Shown here piece after piece: positions 38,277 through 48,384 of a stretch of DNA of 64,000 nt. Numbering within the stretch: the first letter of the stretch is position 1; every line of letters begins with the position of its first letter. Position numbers and translations under genes: made by a program. The stretch covers positions 1,728,001-1,792,000 of the forward strand of contig CAXXXD010000002.1 of assembly GCA_963663385.2 (NCBI GenBank), in the 5' to 3' direction. Source of the stretch: Oceanispirochaeta sp. GTDB lineage: Bacteria > Spirochaetota > Spirochaetia > DSM-2461. The notes under the pieces are model-generated. The model ran no database searches. It saw only the letters and a list, made by a program, of their open reading frames with translations, and had not been told where the DNA came from.

Positions 38277-39199
38277 TCTCCCTCCCCGGATTTACCGCCG
38301 ACAAGCAGCTGATAGAGACCGGTCAGGCCGGCAATAATGACAAGCATGATAAAAGCTACGGCGGATGCGTAATCCATTCTGAAATTCTGAAGACCTACCT
38401 TATAGGTGTAGGTCATGGCTACTTCTGTTTTATCGATAACCATCGGGTTGGAAAGGATTATCGATTGGGTGAACATACGCAGGGATGCGATAATGTTCAG
38501 CATAAACACTACTTTCATGGTGCTGTAAATCCCGGGAATCGTAATCGCGAAAGTTTGTCTGAACCGGCTGGCTCCGTCGATAGTAGCCGCTTCGTAAAGG
38601 CAGGGATCGATTCCTGTCAGAGCCGCCAGGAAGATGACACAGCCGTATCCTGCAGACCGCCAGGTGTAGAGCAGCCAGAAAATGGGTGTTATGAGCTTTT
38701 CGTTTGTCATAAACATGACCGGTTCCATTCCCGCTGCTTTGAGCAGGGAGTTGGCCAGCCCGTAATCCGGAGAGAGGATGCTGATCCAGATTCCGCCGAT
38801 GGCGACCCAGGAAAACAGGTAGGGGATATAGATAATGGTCTGTACGGATTTTTTGAAGCTTTTGTTTAACACTTCGTTCAGGAGCAGTGCCAGCAGTATC
38901 TGGAAGACAAAGCTTAAACCGATATTCCCGAATCCGATGACCATAGTATTTCTGAAAGACCTCCAGAATTCAATATCCTTCAGAATTACTTTGTAATGGA
39001 ACAATCCGACGAATGTACTGTTTCCTCCAAATCTATAATCCTGCAGACTGATAAATACCCCATTGATCATTGGTATATAATGAAACAGGGCAAAGTAGAC
39101 TGCCGCCGGCAGTAAAAGGGCATAGATATTCTTATGACGCCGAAATCCCTGCCAGACAGCAGAACCTCCGGATCGCCCTTCAAGGGGGATAATCTTCAT
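38273..39199 (-). CDS. Carbohydrate ABC transporter permease (LplB type)
   Basis: LYEAATIDGASRF and FVGL.HY motifs. Confidence 0.93.
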   Translation of the reverse strand: MKIIPLEGRSGGSAVWQGFRRHKNIYALLLPAAVYFALFHYIPMINGVFISLQDYRFGGNSTFVGLFHYKVILKDIEFWRSFRNTMVIGFGNIGLSFVFQILLALLLNEVLNKSFKKSVQTIIYIPYLFSWVAIGGIWISILSPDYGLANSLLKAAGMEPVMFMTNEKLITPIFWLLYTWRSAGYGCVIFLAALTGIDPCLYEAATIDGASRFRQTFAITIPGIYSTMKVVFMLNIIASLRMFTQSIILSNPMVIDKTEVAMTYTYKVGLQNFRMDYASAVAFIMLVIIAGLTGLYQLLVGGKSGEGE

Positions 39200-39221
39200 G
39201 TACTGATTCCTTTTTGAATAA

Positions 39222-39256
39222 GAGCAGGAATCCTGTCATAGAGGGGATACCTGCTC
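39222..39256 (-). other. Intercistronic stem-loop after the solute-binding protein gene
   Basis: GAGCAGG...CCTGCTC inverted repeat; typical position for an mRNA-stabilising hairpin. Confidence 0.5.
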
Positions 39257-39267
39257 CTGATAATGTA

Positions 39268-40674
39268 TTAGTCGATATAATTTTTAGCTGACAGTTCTTT
39301 CTGCATATTCTGTACCGCTTCGGTACCGCTCATGGCGCCCATGATGGCCCGGACACCGTATTTTACGACGATCTCTTTAGCGGAGCTGCTTGTTTCACGC
39401 AGCAGTTCCGGGCGGGAGTATCTGGAAACGATTTCCCTGGACTGTTCGAAGTTCATGGGTGTCTTGACGGGGTTAACCCAGGTCAGATCTATAGGAACAA
39501 CCACACCGTGATCCATAGCATGCTGCTGACCTGTCTCTGTCAGAACGTATCTGCCGTCGGTAACTGTGAAGTCATGGTTTTCAATACCCAGAGTCTGAAG
39601 AATCTGACCTTCTTTTGTATTAAAGAACTCAAGATAGCGGAAGGCATTTTCTTTATTGGTACTCCGTTTCAGCATAACCCATAAACCGTCCTGTCCGTAA
39701 GTCAGCATGGTGTTTCCGTTCTTATCCAGAGGTGGTGCCATTCCCTTGATCTCAAAGCTTGTATTTTCATTGGCGCTTCTGGCTTTCTCATTGAAGAGCC
39801 CCGTCCAGTTGTCCCAGTAAACCATCATACCGGCCCGGTCGCTCAGGATCATCTCCCGGCAATTTGAACTGCCGTTTGTGGGGAAATTGGGATCGATAAG
39901 ACCTTCCTTAAACGCGGCTGCCAGCCAATCGTATACGGCGGCGGCTTCATCGCTTGCCCAGGGGATATACCATTTGCCAGAGCTGTCTTTGGCATATCCG
40001 CCGTCATAGCCACCGCCGATGCCGAAGGCGCTCATAAAGGGCTGAATGTCATAGAGGTTTTTCATGGTCAATCCGTAAGTATCATCCTTGCCGTTTCCAT
40101 CGGGATCGTTGAAGGTAAACCGGCGAAGCATTTCATGGTAGTCTTCCAGAGACACCGGGTCATTCAGTCCAACTGTATTCAGCCAGTCTTTCCTGACCAG
40201 AGGGAGCCTTCCCCCTTCATATTTATTGAACACACCATAGATTTCACCGTCATCCCGGCGAATCCTTTCCCATTCCGCCTGATTAAACCGGGAAGAATCA
40301 CTGAAGATTGAAGAACTCTCAATCCGACTGGTCATAGGCTCGAAAAGATCCATATCATAGAGTTTTTCAAAACTGCTGCTGATCATATAGACAATATCGT
40401 AGTCGGCTCCGGAGGCCAGAGCGGTAGTCAGTTTGGTAACATAGTCGCCGCCGGCAACATAGGTCATTTCCAGAGGTATTCCCGAAAGGCGTCCAGCTTC
40501 CTGCTGCCAGAGATCGTGCTCGTCAGGATCCTTTCCTCCGGTGATTTCCGAAAGTATCCGGACAGGGTTCGTATTCACATCTTCCGATGTGTCCTTTTGT
40601 CCCTCTGCAGAGAGGAATCCGGTAAAAAAAGTCATTAAAACAACGACTCCAGTTAGAAAATTCAGTTTTTTCAC
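39268..40674 (-). CDS. ABC transporter extracellular solute-binding protein (LplA-like)
   Basis: Signal peptide, RKDWL..GL..P, DPDGNGKDDTYG and EGLIDP; RBS AAGGAG before a GTG start. Confidence 0.92.
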   Translation of the reverse strand: MKKLNFLTGVVVLMTFFTGFLSAEGQKDTSEDVNTNPVRILSEITGGKDPDEHDLWQQEAGRLSGIPLEMTYVAGGDYVTKLTTALASGADYDIVYMISSSFEKLYDMDLFEPMTSRIESSSIFSDSSRFNQAEWERIRRDDGEIYGVFNKYEGGRLPLVRKDWLNTVGLNDPVSLEDYHEMLRRFTFNDPDGNGKDDTYGLTMKNLYDIQPFMSAFGIGGGYDGGYAKDSSGKWYIPWASDEAAAVYDWLAAAFKEGLIDPNFPTNGSSNCREMILSDRAGMMVYWDNWTGLFNEKARSANENTSFEIKGMAPPLDKNGNTMLTYGQDGLWVMLKRSTNKENAFRYLEFFNTKEGQILQTLGIENHDFTVTDGRYVLTETGQQHAMDHGVVVPIDLTWVNPVKTPMNFEQSREIVSRYSRPELLRETSSSAKEIVVKYGVRAIMGAMSGTEAVQNMQKELSAKNYID

Positions 40675-40940
40675 TATTGTCTCCTTTATTGAAGATTTTT
40701 AATCAAGCTGCCGATCCCGGGTATTCGGCTTAGCTGATGTTGATCTAATCATATTTCCCCTTTCGGAGGTTTGTAAATCATGGCTTTTATTCCTTTCCAT
40801 CAGATTAGCTTACAATTCTCGATTTTTCAGTTGAAATCAGTATAATTGTAATATTAAGGTTGAGTATCTAAGCGAAAATGATGGTTATGGTTAAAAATCA
40901 TGCTTTTTTTTTCCTCATGTCAATGTACAATAAATCCATT

Positions 40941-42182
40941 ATGAAATTCATTGAAATAAACATGCCCTATGATAAAAGTCTGGAAAAACAATTCCGGTCC
41001 CTGGAGTTTTCTGTTCCCTCGGGAACAGATCAGATGGAGATTTCCTGGTCCGTTGAAGGGGCTGATCCCCGGAACAGTGTCGATCTGGCGATTGAAGACC
41101 CTTTCAGGTTCCGGGGATGGAGCGGATATTCATTCAGGGAAATCCTGCTGGATTCAATACGGGCAACACCGGGATATATACCGGGTCCTCTCCCTGAGGG
41201 ACTGTGGAGGTGCCGCCTGGGGTTCCCTAAAGTTTATTCATCGGGTGTTGTGACTGTGCGTATTAGTTTTCGCAGGGATGAGGAACAATGGTTTCCCGGG
41301 GATTTGCATCTGCATAGTATCCACAGCGGTGACGGTACCTACACGATACCCGAACTGCAGCACTATGCTGAGGAAAGAGGACTGGCCTTTCTGGCTCTGA
41401 CGGATCACAACGCCCAGACCCAGAATGACGATATTCCTCTCAGTTCCAAAGTCCTGATGATTCCTTCTGTGGAGTTAACCACTTATAAAGGACACAGCAA
41501 TTTCTGGAATCTGGATAAAAAACTGGAGCAGATGATCTGCGATAAGGTTCAGAATGTTTCCTCCTGTGTGCAGAAAGCGCGGGAAGAGGGGGCTGTCATC
41601 AGTATGAATCATCCCTTCGCACCGGACAGGTGGGACTGGGGATACGGCTTTCCTTTTGATGCGGTTGAGATATGGAACAGTCTCTGGACCGATTCGGACA
41701 GAAAGGCACTGGCCTGGTGGCATAATCAGCTGTGCCAGGGACGTATCCTCTGTGCTGTCGGAGGGAGCGACACCCATAATGTGGAGAAATCCAACCGTGA
41801 TTTCGGTTTGCCTGTCAACTGGATAAGGGCTGAGAGGCTGGAGAAGAATGCCCTGATGCAGGGAATCCGTTCCCGGCATGTGATTGTATCAGAATCCGTA
41901 AATGCCCCCCGGCCCGAACTGGAAATCGGAGAACTGTCTACCGGTGATAAGGGTCCTTTTACGGATGGCGAGGTACGAGTCAGGATTTTTCAGCCCGCTG
42001 CCGGCAGGCTTCTCCTTTTCTCTGATCAAGGTATGGAAAAGAGTTTTCCTCTAAGCGGATCTGATAAAAATCTTCTTTTTCCCGTAAACAGGGATCGTCA
42101 TTTCTACCGTGTAGAGATACGGAATAATGCCGATGAATTACTGGCGGCGGGAAATCCCATCCTGAACAGCAATTATATTTAA
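40941..42182 (+). CDS. PHP-domain (CehA/McbA-like) metallohydrolase
   Basis: GDLHLHSIHS.DG, LTDHN, E.T...GH.N, NHPF, EIWN and GGSDTH. Start uncertain (40878-40962). Confidence 0.85.
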   Translation: MKFIEINMPYDKSLEKQFRSLEFSVPSGTDQMEISWSVEGADPRNSVDLAIEDPFRFRGWSGYSFREILLDSIRATPGYIPGPLPEGLWRCRLGFPKVYSSGVVTVRISFRRDEEQWFPGDLHLHSIHSGDGTYTIPELQHYAEERGLAFLALTDHNAQTQNDDIPLSSKVLMIPSVELTTYKGHSNFWNLDKKLEQMICDKVQNVSSCVQKAREEGAVISMNHPFAPDRWDWGYGFPFDAVEIWNSLWTDSDRKALAWWHNQLCQGRILCAVGGSDTHNVEKSNRDFGLPVNWIRAERLEKNALMQGIRSRHVIVSESVNAPRPELEIGELSTGDKGPFTDGEVRVRIFQPAAGRLLLFSDQGMEKSFPLSGSDKNLLFPVNRDRHFYRVEIRNNADELLAAGNPILNSNYI

Positions 42183-42191
42183 GGTGGTACT

Positions 42192-44525
42192 ATGGCAGGG
42201 AAATATCTGCAGGGTTTTCACTGGAATCTATTCAATAAACTGTTCTTTACCTATCTCCTGTTCCTGATTCTGCCTGTTATGGGGTTCTCATTTCTGTTTC
42301 AGGTGGTTGTTATGACTCATATGAAACGGGAAATCGAGGAAAACGACCGGCACAGCCTCACCCTGCTGGCCGGTAATTCGGAACATATACTCAAAAGGGC
42401 CTGGACAGATGCGGTAAGCCTTTCGATGGATCCCCGGCTGGATCAGCTGCTGCAGATGCAGGCCCATCTGAACAAAGGTACAAGCCTTGAAGATGAAGCG
42501 GATTACATGTCTGCTGTACTGGACATACTGGTTGTTCTTAAAACCATGAATGATACAGATGAACTTGTTCACTCCTTCTATATCTACAATGAAGAGACCG
42601 GGATGCTCCTGACCTCCCGGGGAGAACTGATGCCTGCTTCCGAGTACATCGATACGGAATGGCTTGACTATTACGAAGAAGATATGAATCAGATCTGTTT
42701 CATCCCTGCCCGTAAACCCATTGATAAAGGGATTCTGGAAGAGGAGGGGCAGTTCCTCGATGTGGCCAGGGATATTTATTCTCCTGTTATTACAATGCTG
42801 TTCCCCCTTGCCTACCATCCCTATCAATCGCTGAACGGTGCCGTAGTTATAAATCTTATGGAGCATAATCTTCTGGTTCAGCCCGAAAAGGGGGAAGGGG
42901 GGATCTATTTTCTTCTGGATCGGGAAGGCCGGCTCCTTTCAAAAGCGGCGGATAAAGAGGAACAACTCCTGATAGAAGAAAAAACAGCGGATATTCTGGC
43001 AGGAGGAGGGCGTCAGGGGGCATTGGATGTGGAACTGCGCGGGAAGCACTATATATTGTCCTATCAGATGTCGGGAGACAGCGGCCTGCTGTTTCTGAAA
43101 CTGACACCCCTGTCGGATTTTTTCGGTATTATCCGGAAACTTCAGTACCTGTTTCTGCTGATCACCCTGGCGGTTCTTGTAGTCGGTTCAATCCTGGCAT
43201 ACCGGTTTACCCGCAGATTCTATAGTCCCATACAGACAGCTTTGTCCGGGCTTAAACGCATAGCCGGAGAGGACAGAGACAAGCGGAGTACCGATGAGTT
43301 GAAGCAGATAAATCAGGCTGTGGAGTACATCCTGAGGCAGAACAGGGAAGTTCATCAATTGCTGGATAAAAACCGGTTGAACCTGAGAGAAGCGGCCGTT
43401 ATGGAATTTATCAGCGGAAATACGGAAAAGGGAAGGGATATTTTTCAGCTGAATACCGGGCTTTTTGTCTGTTTTGTTCTGACCATAGACGGGTACCGTG
43501 GTTTTTCAGAGCGATACTCCAACGGTGAACAGTATACAATCAGGAGTCTGCTGCTGCAGAAAGCGGAGGAATCTCTGCCAAACCGCGGCGGCGGAGGGGT
43601 GCTCTTGAGCAGTGACAAGATTGCTCTGGTGGTTCAGGTAGCCTCTGAGGAAGTTGCTGATGAACTCGCTTCGACTATTCTTGAATCCTGCGACATGGTC
43701 CCGGAAGTCAGTGTCGTACTCTCAAGGGGAGGGGTCTACGAGGGATGGGACTCTCTGCGCTGTTCTTTTCTGGAGGCACAGGAAAATCTCGTTTACAGAA
43801 TCTCCTTTACAAAAAAAGAGCGGTATTTTCATCCAATAGACATAAAGGCGTTTCAGGATATTCCCGATATGGAGACCCATATCCATAAAATTCTGAACCT
43901 GCTCAAAGGCGGGGACGAGGAGTCCCTCAAGGGTGCTGTCCTGAAGATGTTTTCATCCATGTATGATCAGAGGATATTGAGTTATGAGCAGGCACAGGGG
44001 TACCTGTCTCCCCTTGTAGCCGGTACAAACCGTTTTCTGAGGCAGTTGAATATTCCCGACTCCAGGGTTATGGACAAGTACCGTTCTTTATACGAACTGA
44101 TTTCGGGTCAGGAAACCCGTGAGGAGCTGGAAGGGGCGATCACCTCATATTATGAAAGGGCTGTTCAACTGGTCAGGGATCAGTTGAGAGACAGCTCTAC
44201 AGTTCAGCAGCTGCTGGACTATATCCGGCAGAATTCCCGTGACCCGAATCTGGATCTCACCAGTCTTTCCGATGCGTTTGATCTCAGCTACTCCCATACC
44301 AGAAAACTGATCAAGGATGAATCGGGATTGTCCTTTGTGGATTTTCTGAATCGGATTCGAATTGATGAGGCCAGGATACTCCTCAAGGAGAGCAAAGACA
44401 ATCTGAAAGTGATTGCGGCGAAGGTAGGGTATCACAATGATCAGAGTTTTTCCCGGTTTTTTAAAAAGTATGAGGGTATATCGCCCGGTGAGTTCCGGCG
44501 GTATCAGCCAAAGGGCAAGGCTTGA
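42192..44525 (+). CDS. Membrane-anchored AraC family regulator with an extracytoplasmic sensor domain
   Basis: Two TM helices flanking a Cache-like region; C-terminal IAAKVGY....FSRFFKKYEGISPGEFR. Confidence 0.9.
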   Translation: MAGKYLQGFHWNLFNKLFFTYLLFLILPVMGFSFLFQVVVMTHMKREIEENDRHSLTLLAGNSEHILKRAWTDAVSLSMDPRLDQLLQMQAHLNKGTSLEDEADYMSAVLDILVVLKTMNDTDELVHSFYIYNEETGMLLTSRGELMPASEYIDTEWLDYYEEDMNQICFIPARKPIDKGILEEEGQFLDVARDIYSPVITMLFPLAYHPYQSLNGAVVINLMEHNLLVQPEKGEGGIYFLLDREGRLLSKAADKEEQLLIEEKTADILAGGGRQGALDVELRGKHYILSYQMSGDSGLLFLKLTPLSDFFGIIRKLQYLFLLITLAVLVVGSILAYRFTRRFYSPIQTALSGLKRIAGEDRDKRSTDELKQINQAVEYILRQNREVHQLLDKNRLNLREAAVMEFISGNTEKGRDIFQLNTGLFVCFVLTIDGYRGFSERYSNGEQYTIRSLLLQKAEESLPNRGGGGVLLSSDKIALVVQVASEEVADELASTILESCDMVPEVSVVLSRGGVYEGWDSLRCSFLEAQENLVYRISFTKKERYFHPIDIKAFQDIPDMETHIHKILNLLKGGDEESLKGAVLKMFSSMYDQRILSYEQAQGYLSPLVAGTNRFLRQLNIPDSRVMDKYRSLYELISGQETREELEGAITSYYERAVQLVRDQLRDSSTVQQLLDYIRQNSRDPNLDLTSLSDAFDLSYSHTRKLIKDESGLSFVDFLNRIRIDEARILLKESKDNLKVIAAKVGYHNDQSFSRFFKKYEGISPGEFRRYQPKGKA

Positions 44526-44651
44526 AAAGAGCAATATGAAAAAGTAAAACCCTGCTTTCTGTCCGGGCATCCATTCTTCAGGCGTATCAGATCCCAATCT
44601 GTTATCGATATAATTTGACCAGCCAGTATAAATATCCAATAATATAGAATT

Positions 44652-46541
44652 ATGAAGGTTGGTGAAAAAAACGGAACCAGGAACCGTATAGATCAATATC
44701 TATCCGCAGAATATGATCCTGAGCTACATAATATAAAAAAGCGGGTTCTGTTATATTTCAGCTGTTTCATGATTACGGTTTATGCTTTTTCTTTTATTAT
44801 CTCCCTTAAAGGAATAGCAGGATTAAGGTCCGGATACTGGTATTACGCATCATTGGTTCGAGTCATTATTCTGGTCATTACCGCTTACTCTCTTGTCTTT
44901 GTTTATAAAGACAAACTGGAAGATTCTGTCAATACACTGATTACCGCTCAGATACTGGCTGCTTTTAATTCTGCCGTATTCGGGAATACCCTGCGGGATT
45001 CATTATCCTATTTTGGAATCATTGTTTCTTTTGTTTTTGCCATTCAGATTATCAATCTTTTTAAAGAGAGCATAATATCACGTATATTTCTTAATTCGTT
45101 TCTTTTCTTGAGTTCAATTACAGTAGGTGTATGGTACCTTATAGGATTGACCGGTTCAGAAAGAGATAAGTTGGTTGTAACTCTCTATATTGTAATAATA
45201 ATGATGCTTGTAATCAGTGTCTCCAGCATTTTAAGTTCAGTAATCAAAACTTATATGGAAAGAGTGATTATAAAGAAAACCCTGTATGACTCTATCACAG
45301 GGCTTCCTAATGAAATAATGCTGGAAAGAGAATTATCTCAACTTCTGGAGAATGTTCACAAACAGGAAAAAAAACTTGCTGTCTTTGGAGTTTACCTTAA
45401 TAAACTGGAACGGATTAATCATAAATACGGCCATCAAACAGGAGATTCGGTATTAAGGGATATTGCCCATAGGGCTGAGCAGCTGAAAGACTATAAAATA
45501 TACCGTTTAAAAGGGGCGTTATTTGTTTTAATTCCGCAATTTGACTGGAATCCTGCCCTTTCAAACCAGTGCAGAAAACAATTATGCCGTTTTGTCAATA
45601 ACCCGGTTCTGATAAAAAATGATCCGCAGGAGTTGAATCTTTTCCTTGTCGGTACGGAATGTCCTAACGATGGCAGAAGCGCACAAAGGCTGCTTTCCAA
45701 TCTCTATAATATTATTTCAAGACAGAACGGCAGGTTTAAAACAAATGATATTGAATGGTTTGATCATGACTCATATCTATTGACTAAACGGCAGTATGTT
45801 ATAGAAGAAGGGTTGAGAAAGATGATAACGAAAAAAGAATTTTCCTTATTGATTCAACCCAAATACAAGTTAAACGATTCTTTGCATGGTGGCGAATTTC
45901 TGGCCAGGTGGCATCATCCGGAACTTGGAACAATATCTCCACTGGATTTTATTCCCCTGTTGGAAGAAAACGGTTTAATGGTGGATTTTACACAGGCCAT
46001 TTCTGAGGATATTGTCAGCTATATTCAACATAATAAAAAAAAGCTGTCTTCTGATCTTGTTATTGCTGTAAATATAAATGCAACTTCAATCCAGAATAAA
46101 AGTTTTGTTGCTGAATTAATAGAAATCGCTGGAAAAATAACGCCTCTGACTCTTGAGATAGAACTGACTGAAGATGTTTTTTTAATGATAGATCCTCTGC
46201 TGCTGTCGCATTTGGATCGAATGAAAGAGCACAATATTCGTATAGCTCTGGATGATTTTGGAACCGGTTTTTCCAATATGAGTTATCTGCAGGATTTAAA
46301 TGTAGATACGATTAAAATAGATAAAAGATTCATCACACCCCTGTCAGAAGAAGGAGCATCGAAGGGCATCGTAAGAGCCCTTATTGATATGGCTCACTCT
46401 TTTAATATTGATGTTGTAGCTGAAGGTGTGGAAGATGATTATCAAAAACAAATTTTAGAGGAACTGGGTTGTGATATTATTCAAGGCTTTTTGTACTCAA
46501 AGCCTGTTGAATTTGATTCTTTCCTCACATTGATCAAGTAG
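44652..46541 (+). CDS. Membrane GGDEF(degenerate)-EAL protein, probable c-di-GMP phosphodiesterase
   Basis: About 6 TMs; GGDEF replaced by KGALF; EAL motifs EFLAR, ELTE, LDDFGTG, KID, AEGVE and QG are intact. Confidence 0.9.
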   Translation: MKVGEKNGTRNRIDQYLSAEYDPELHNIKKRVLLYFSCFMITVYAFSFIISLKGIAGLRSGYWYYASLVRVIILVITAYSLVFVYKDKLEDSVNTLITAQILAAFNSAVFGNTLRDSLSYFGIIVSFVFAIQIINLFKESIISRIFLNSFLFLSSITVGVWYLIGLTGSERDKLVVTLYIVIIMMLVISVSSILSSVIKTYMERVIIKKTLYDSITGLPNEIMLERELSQLLENVHKQEKKLAVFGVYLNKLERINHKYGHQTGDSVLRDIAHRAEQLKDYKIYRLKGALFVLIPQFDWNPALSNQCRKQLCRFVNNPVLIKNDPQELNLFLVGTECPNDGRSAQRLLSNLYNIISRQNGRFKTNDIEWFDHDSYLLTKRQYVIEEGLRKMITKKEFSLLIQPKYKLNDSLHGGEFLARWHHPELGTISPLDFIPLLEENGLMVDFTQAISEDIVSYIQHNKKKLSSDLVIAVNINATSIQNKSFVAELIEIAGKITPLTLEIELTEDVFLMIDPLLLSHLDRMKEHNIRIALDDFGTGFSNMSYLQDLNVDTIKIDKRFITPLSEEGASKGIVRALIDMAHSFNIDVVAEGVEDDYQKQILEELGCDIIQGFLYSKPVEFDSFLTLIK

Positions 46542-46560
46542 TTTCCAATATATTCACTAC

Positions 46561-46602
46561 AGGGCATTTTCAGGAGCAGTGAATCTGCTCCCGAAGTACC
46601 CT
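46561..46602. terminator. Hairpin between convergent genes
   Basis: GGAGCAG-tgaat-CTGCTCC with an extended flanking stem. Confidence 0.55.
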
Positions 46603-46641
46603 TTGCTTATGAACCTGTAAAGATGGAGTTTAAAGAAATAC

Positions 46642-47667
46642 TTACTCCGGTATCCCGATAACCTTCCACTCACCCTGCAGATATTTCACCATAAAAACCA
46701 GAGCCTGTTCATCCATAAATCCTGATTTTCCGGGTTTCAGCTCCGATCCCAGAAAAAGGTAGCAATTACCATCGGGATTCCAGCTGCGCTCTGTATCGGC
46801 CCATTCGGGGAACAGGGCAATGTACTCATCGTGTGTATAAATGTGTGTCCGGTAATTGTTTTTATAGTCTCTGATGGAGTAGGTACTCAGATCAGCCGCC
46901 GGGGGGGCAATCCTGTATTTGGATTCACTCAGTCCTGTTGAGAGTATTCTTATCTGATCGTTAAGGGATTTATAGAATCCGGGAAGGTTGCCTTCAATCG
47001 TATATTCCAGAAACTGAAGGGAGAAAGCCAATGCCTGCTCCTTTGTTTTTCCGTCACTTTCAACCTCTGCGGTTGTCCGTGCCGGATCAGGACTCATAAA
47101 AGCAGTAGGGGAGGATAGGGCCATGCGGAATTCCGGCGTTTTTTCACCAGTTTCCATGGAGCCGTCCATAAAGTCCCATGCCTCCAGTTCTATCTTGTAT
47201 ACTTTCCCCGGAGAAGAACTGCGGGGAGGGGCAATCAGCCTGACCGACAGTGTGGCATTTTTATTTAAAAGAGATCCGTCTGCCGAAAAGGGGATAAACC
47301 AGTTGCTGTTCTTCTCCTGCCAGCGGGAACCCATTTCTGTCCAGGGGAGGGTAAAAACGGGGTTGTTCTGATTGTTCTGGCGCAGTTTGATCTGAAGGGT
47401 ACTCTGCCCCTGAGAGGATTCATCAATATAGGTTGATTTAATCCGCCATTTCCTTAATGTCCCCGGAGCCGGGTAGCTTATACTGCCTATCTCCTCCGAG
47501 AAGACCTGGCCTATATCCGTCCACCCTCCATCGCTGTTAATAAAAACAGGCCGGTAGTTCTGGCTGTCGTAGAGAGTGAAACTGCCGCTGAGGGTTCCAT
47601 TTTCCTCCTGGGCAAAGAGAAAAAAGGAAAGACTGGTCAAAACTACTGCAAGAATGATTTTTTTCAA
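46642..47667 (-). CDS. Exported hypothetical protein
   Basis: GGGAGG RBS before the TTG at 47667; signal peptide MKKIILAVVLTSLSFFLFA. Confidence 0.8.
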   Translation of the reverse strand: MKKIILAVVLTSLSFFLFAQEENGTLSGSFTLYDSQNYRPVFINSDGGWTDIGQVFSEEIGSISYPAPGTLRKWRIKSTYIDESSQGQSTLQIKLRQNNQNNPVFTLPWTEMGSRWQEKNSNWFIPFSADGSLLNKNATLSVRLIAPPRSSSPGKVYKIELEAWDFMDGSMETGEKTPEFRMALSSPTAFMSPDPARTTAEVESDGKTKEQALAFSLQFLEYTIEGNLPGFYKSLNDQIRILSTGLSESKYRIAPPAADLSTYSIRDYKNNYRTHIYTHDEYIALFPEWADTERSWNPDGNCYLFLGSELKPGKSGFMDEQALVFMVKYLQGEWKVIGIPE

Positions 47668-47745
47668 GTTAATTTGCCTCCCATTATAACAGTCTGACAC
47701 TCTATTCTCGGCATAATTGACAGGAAGCTCAAGGGAAACCAGAGG

Positions 47746-47791
47746 AAAAAAAAGAAGCCGCTCTACAGGCCTGAATCCATAGAGCGGCTTC
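47746..47791 (-). terminator. Intrinsic terminator of the second ilvBN operon
   Basis: 12-bp stem GAAGCCGCTCTA/TAGAGCGGCTTC with a T8 tract on the minus strand. Confidence 0.8.
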
Positions 47792-47877
47792 AATTGAGAT
47801 AGAAACCGTTAAACTATTCTAATATTGGCTTGTCCCTGCTCCATGGAAAGGGCAAGCCGTTAACCGAAAGATACAAA

Positions 47878-48384
47878 TTACCAGGAAGTCTCTTCCTCTC
47901 CTCTGGCAATCAGAACTTTTCCGGTTCTAACCACTTCCAGAATGCCGAATTTATCCAGCATTTTTCTTACCGCGTCAATCTTCGATGAGCTGCCGGTTAC
48001 CTGAAATGTCATGGTTGTATCACTGATATCCACATTTCGGCATTTGAAGGCATCCGCTATCTGCAGAATCTCGGTGCGGGATTCACTGTCACAGTGCACC
48101 TTAATCAGAGCCAGTTCCTTCTGGATAACATCCTCGTCGGAGTACTCTCTGGCATGGATGACATCAACCAGTCTGTTAAGCTGTTCCAGCATCAGGTGCA
48201 GGGTCCGGGAATCTCCCGTTGCCTCGATGTTTATGCGGGAATAGCGCGGGTCCTGAGAGTGTGAGCCGACAAAACTTTCAATATTGTAGCCTCTGCGGGC
48301 AAATACCAGGGCGATCCGGATGGTAACGCCTGGTTTGTTCTCCACATAAAGGCTGATGTTGTGTTTTCCCTGTACTTGATTCAT
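47878..48384 (-). CDS. ilvN: Acetolactate synthase small subunit 2
   Basis: VENKPGV..RI..VFARRGYNIES, KELALIKV and EVVRTG. Confidence 0.93.
   Translation of the reverse strand: MNQVQGKHNISLYVENKPGVTIRIALVFARRGYNIESFVGSHSQDPRYSRINIEATGDSRTLHLMLEQLNRLVDVIHAREYSDEDVIQKELALIKVHCDSESRTEILQIADAFKCRNVDISDTTMTFQVTGSSSKIDAVRKMLDKFGILEVVRTGKVLIARGEEETSW

Noticed and set aside
47706..47732. Possible sigma28 promoter (TGAG-N15-GCCGAGAA, minus strand) before the exported protein gene
   Set aside because: The -35 match is too weak to support without expression data.
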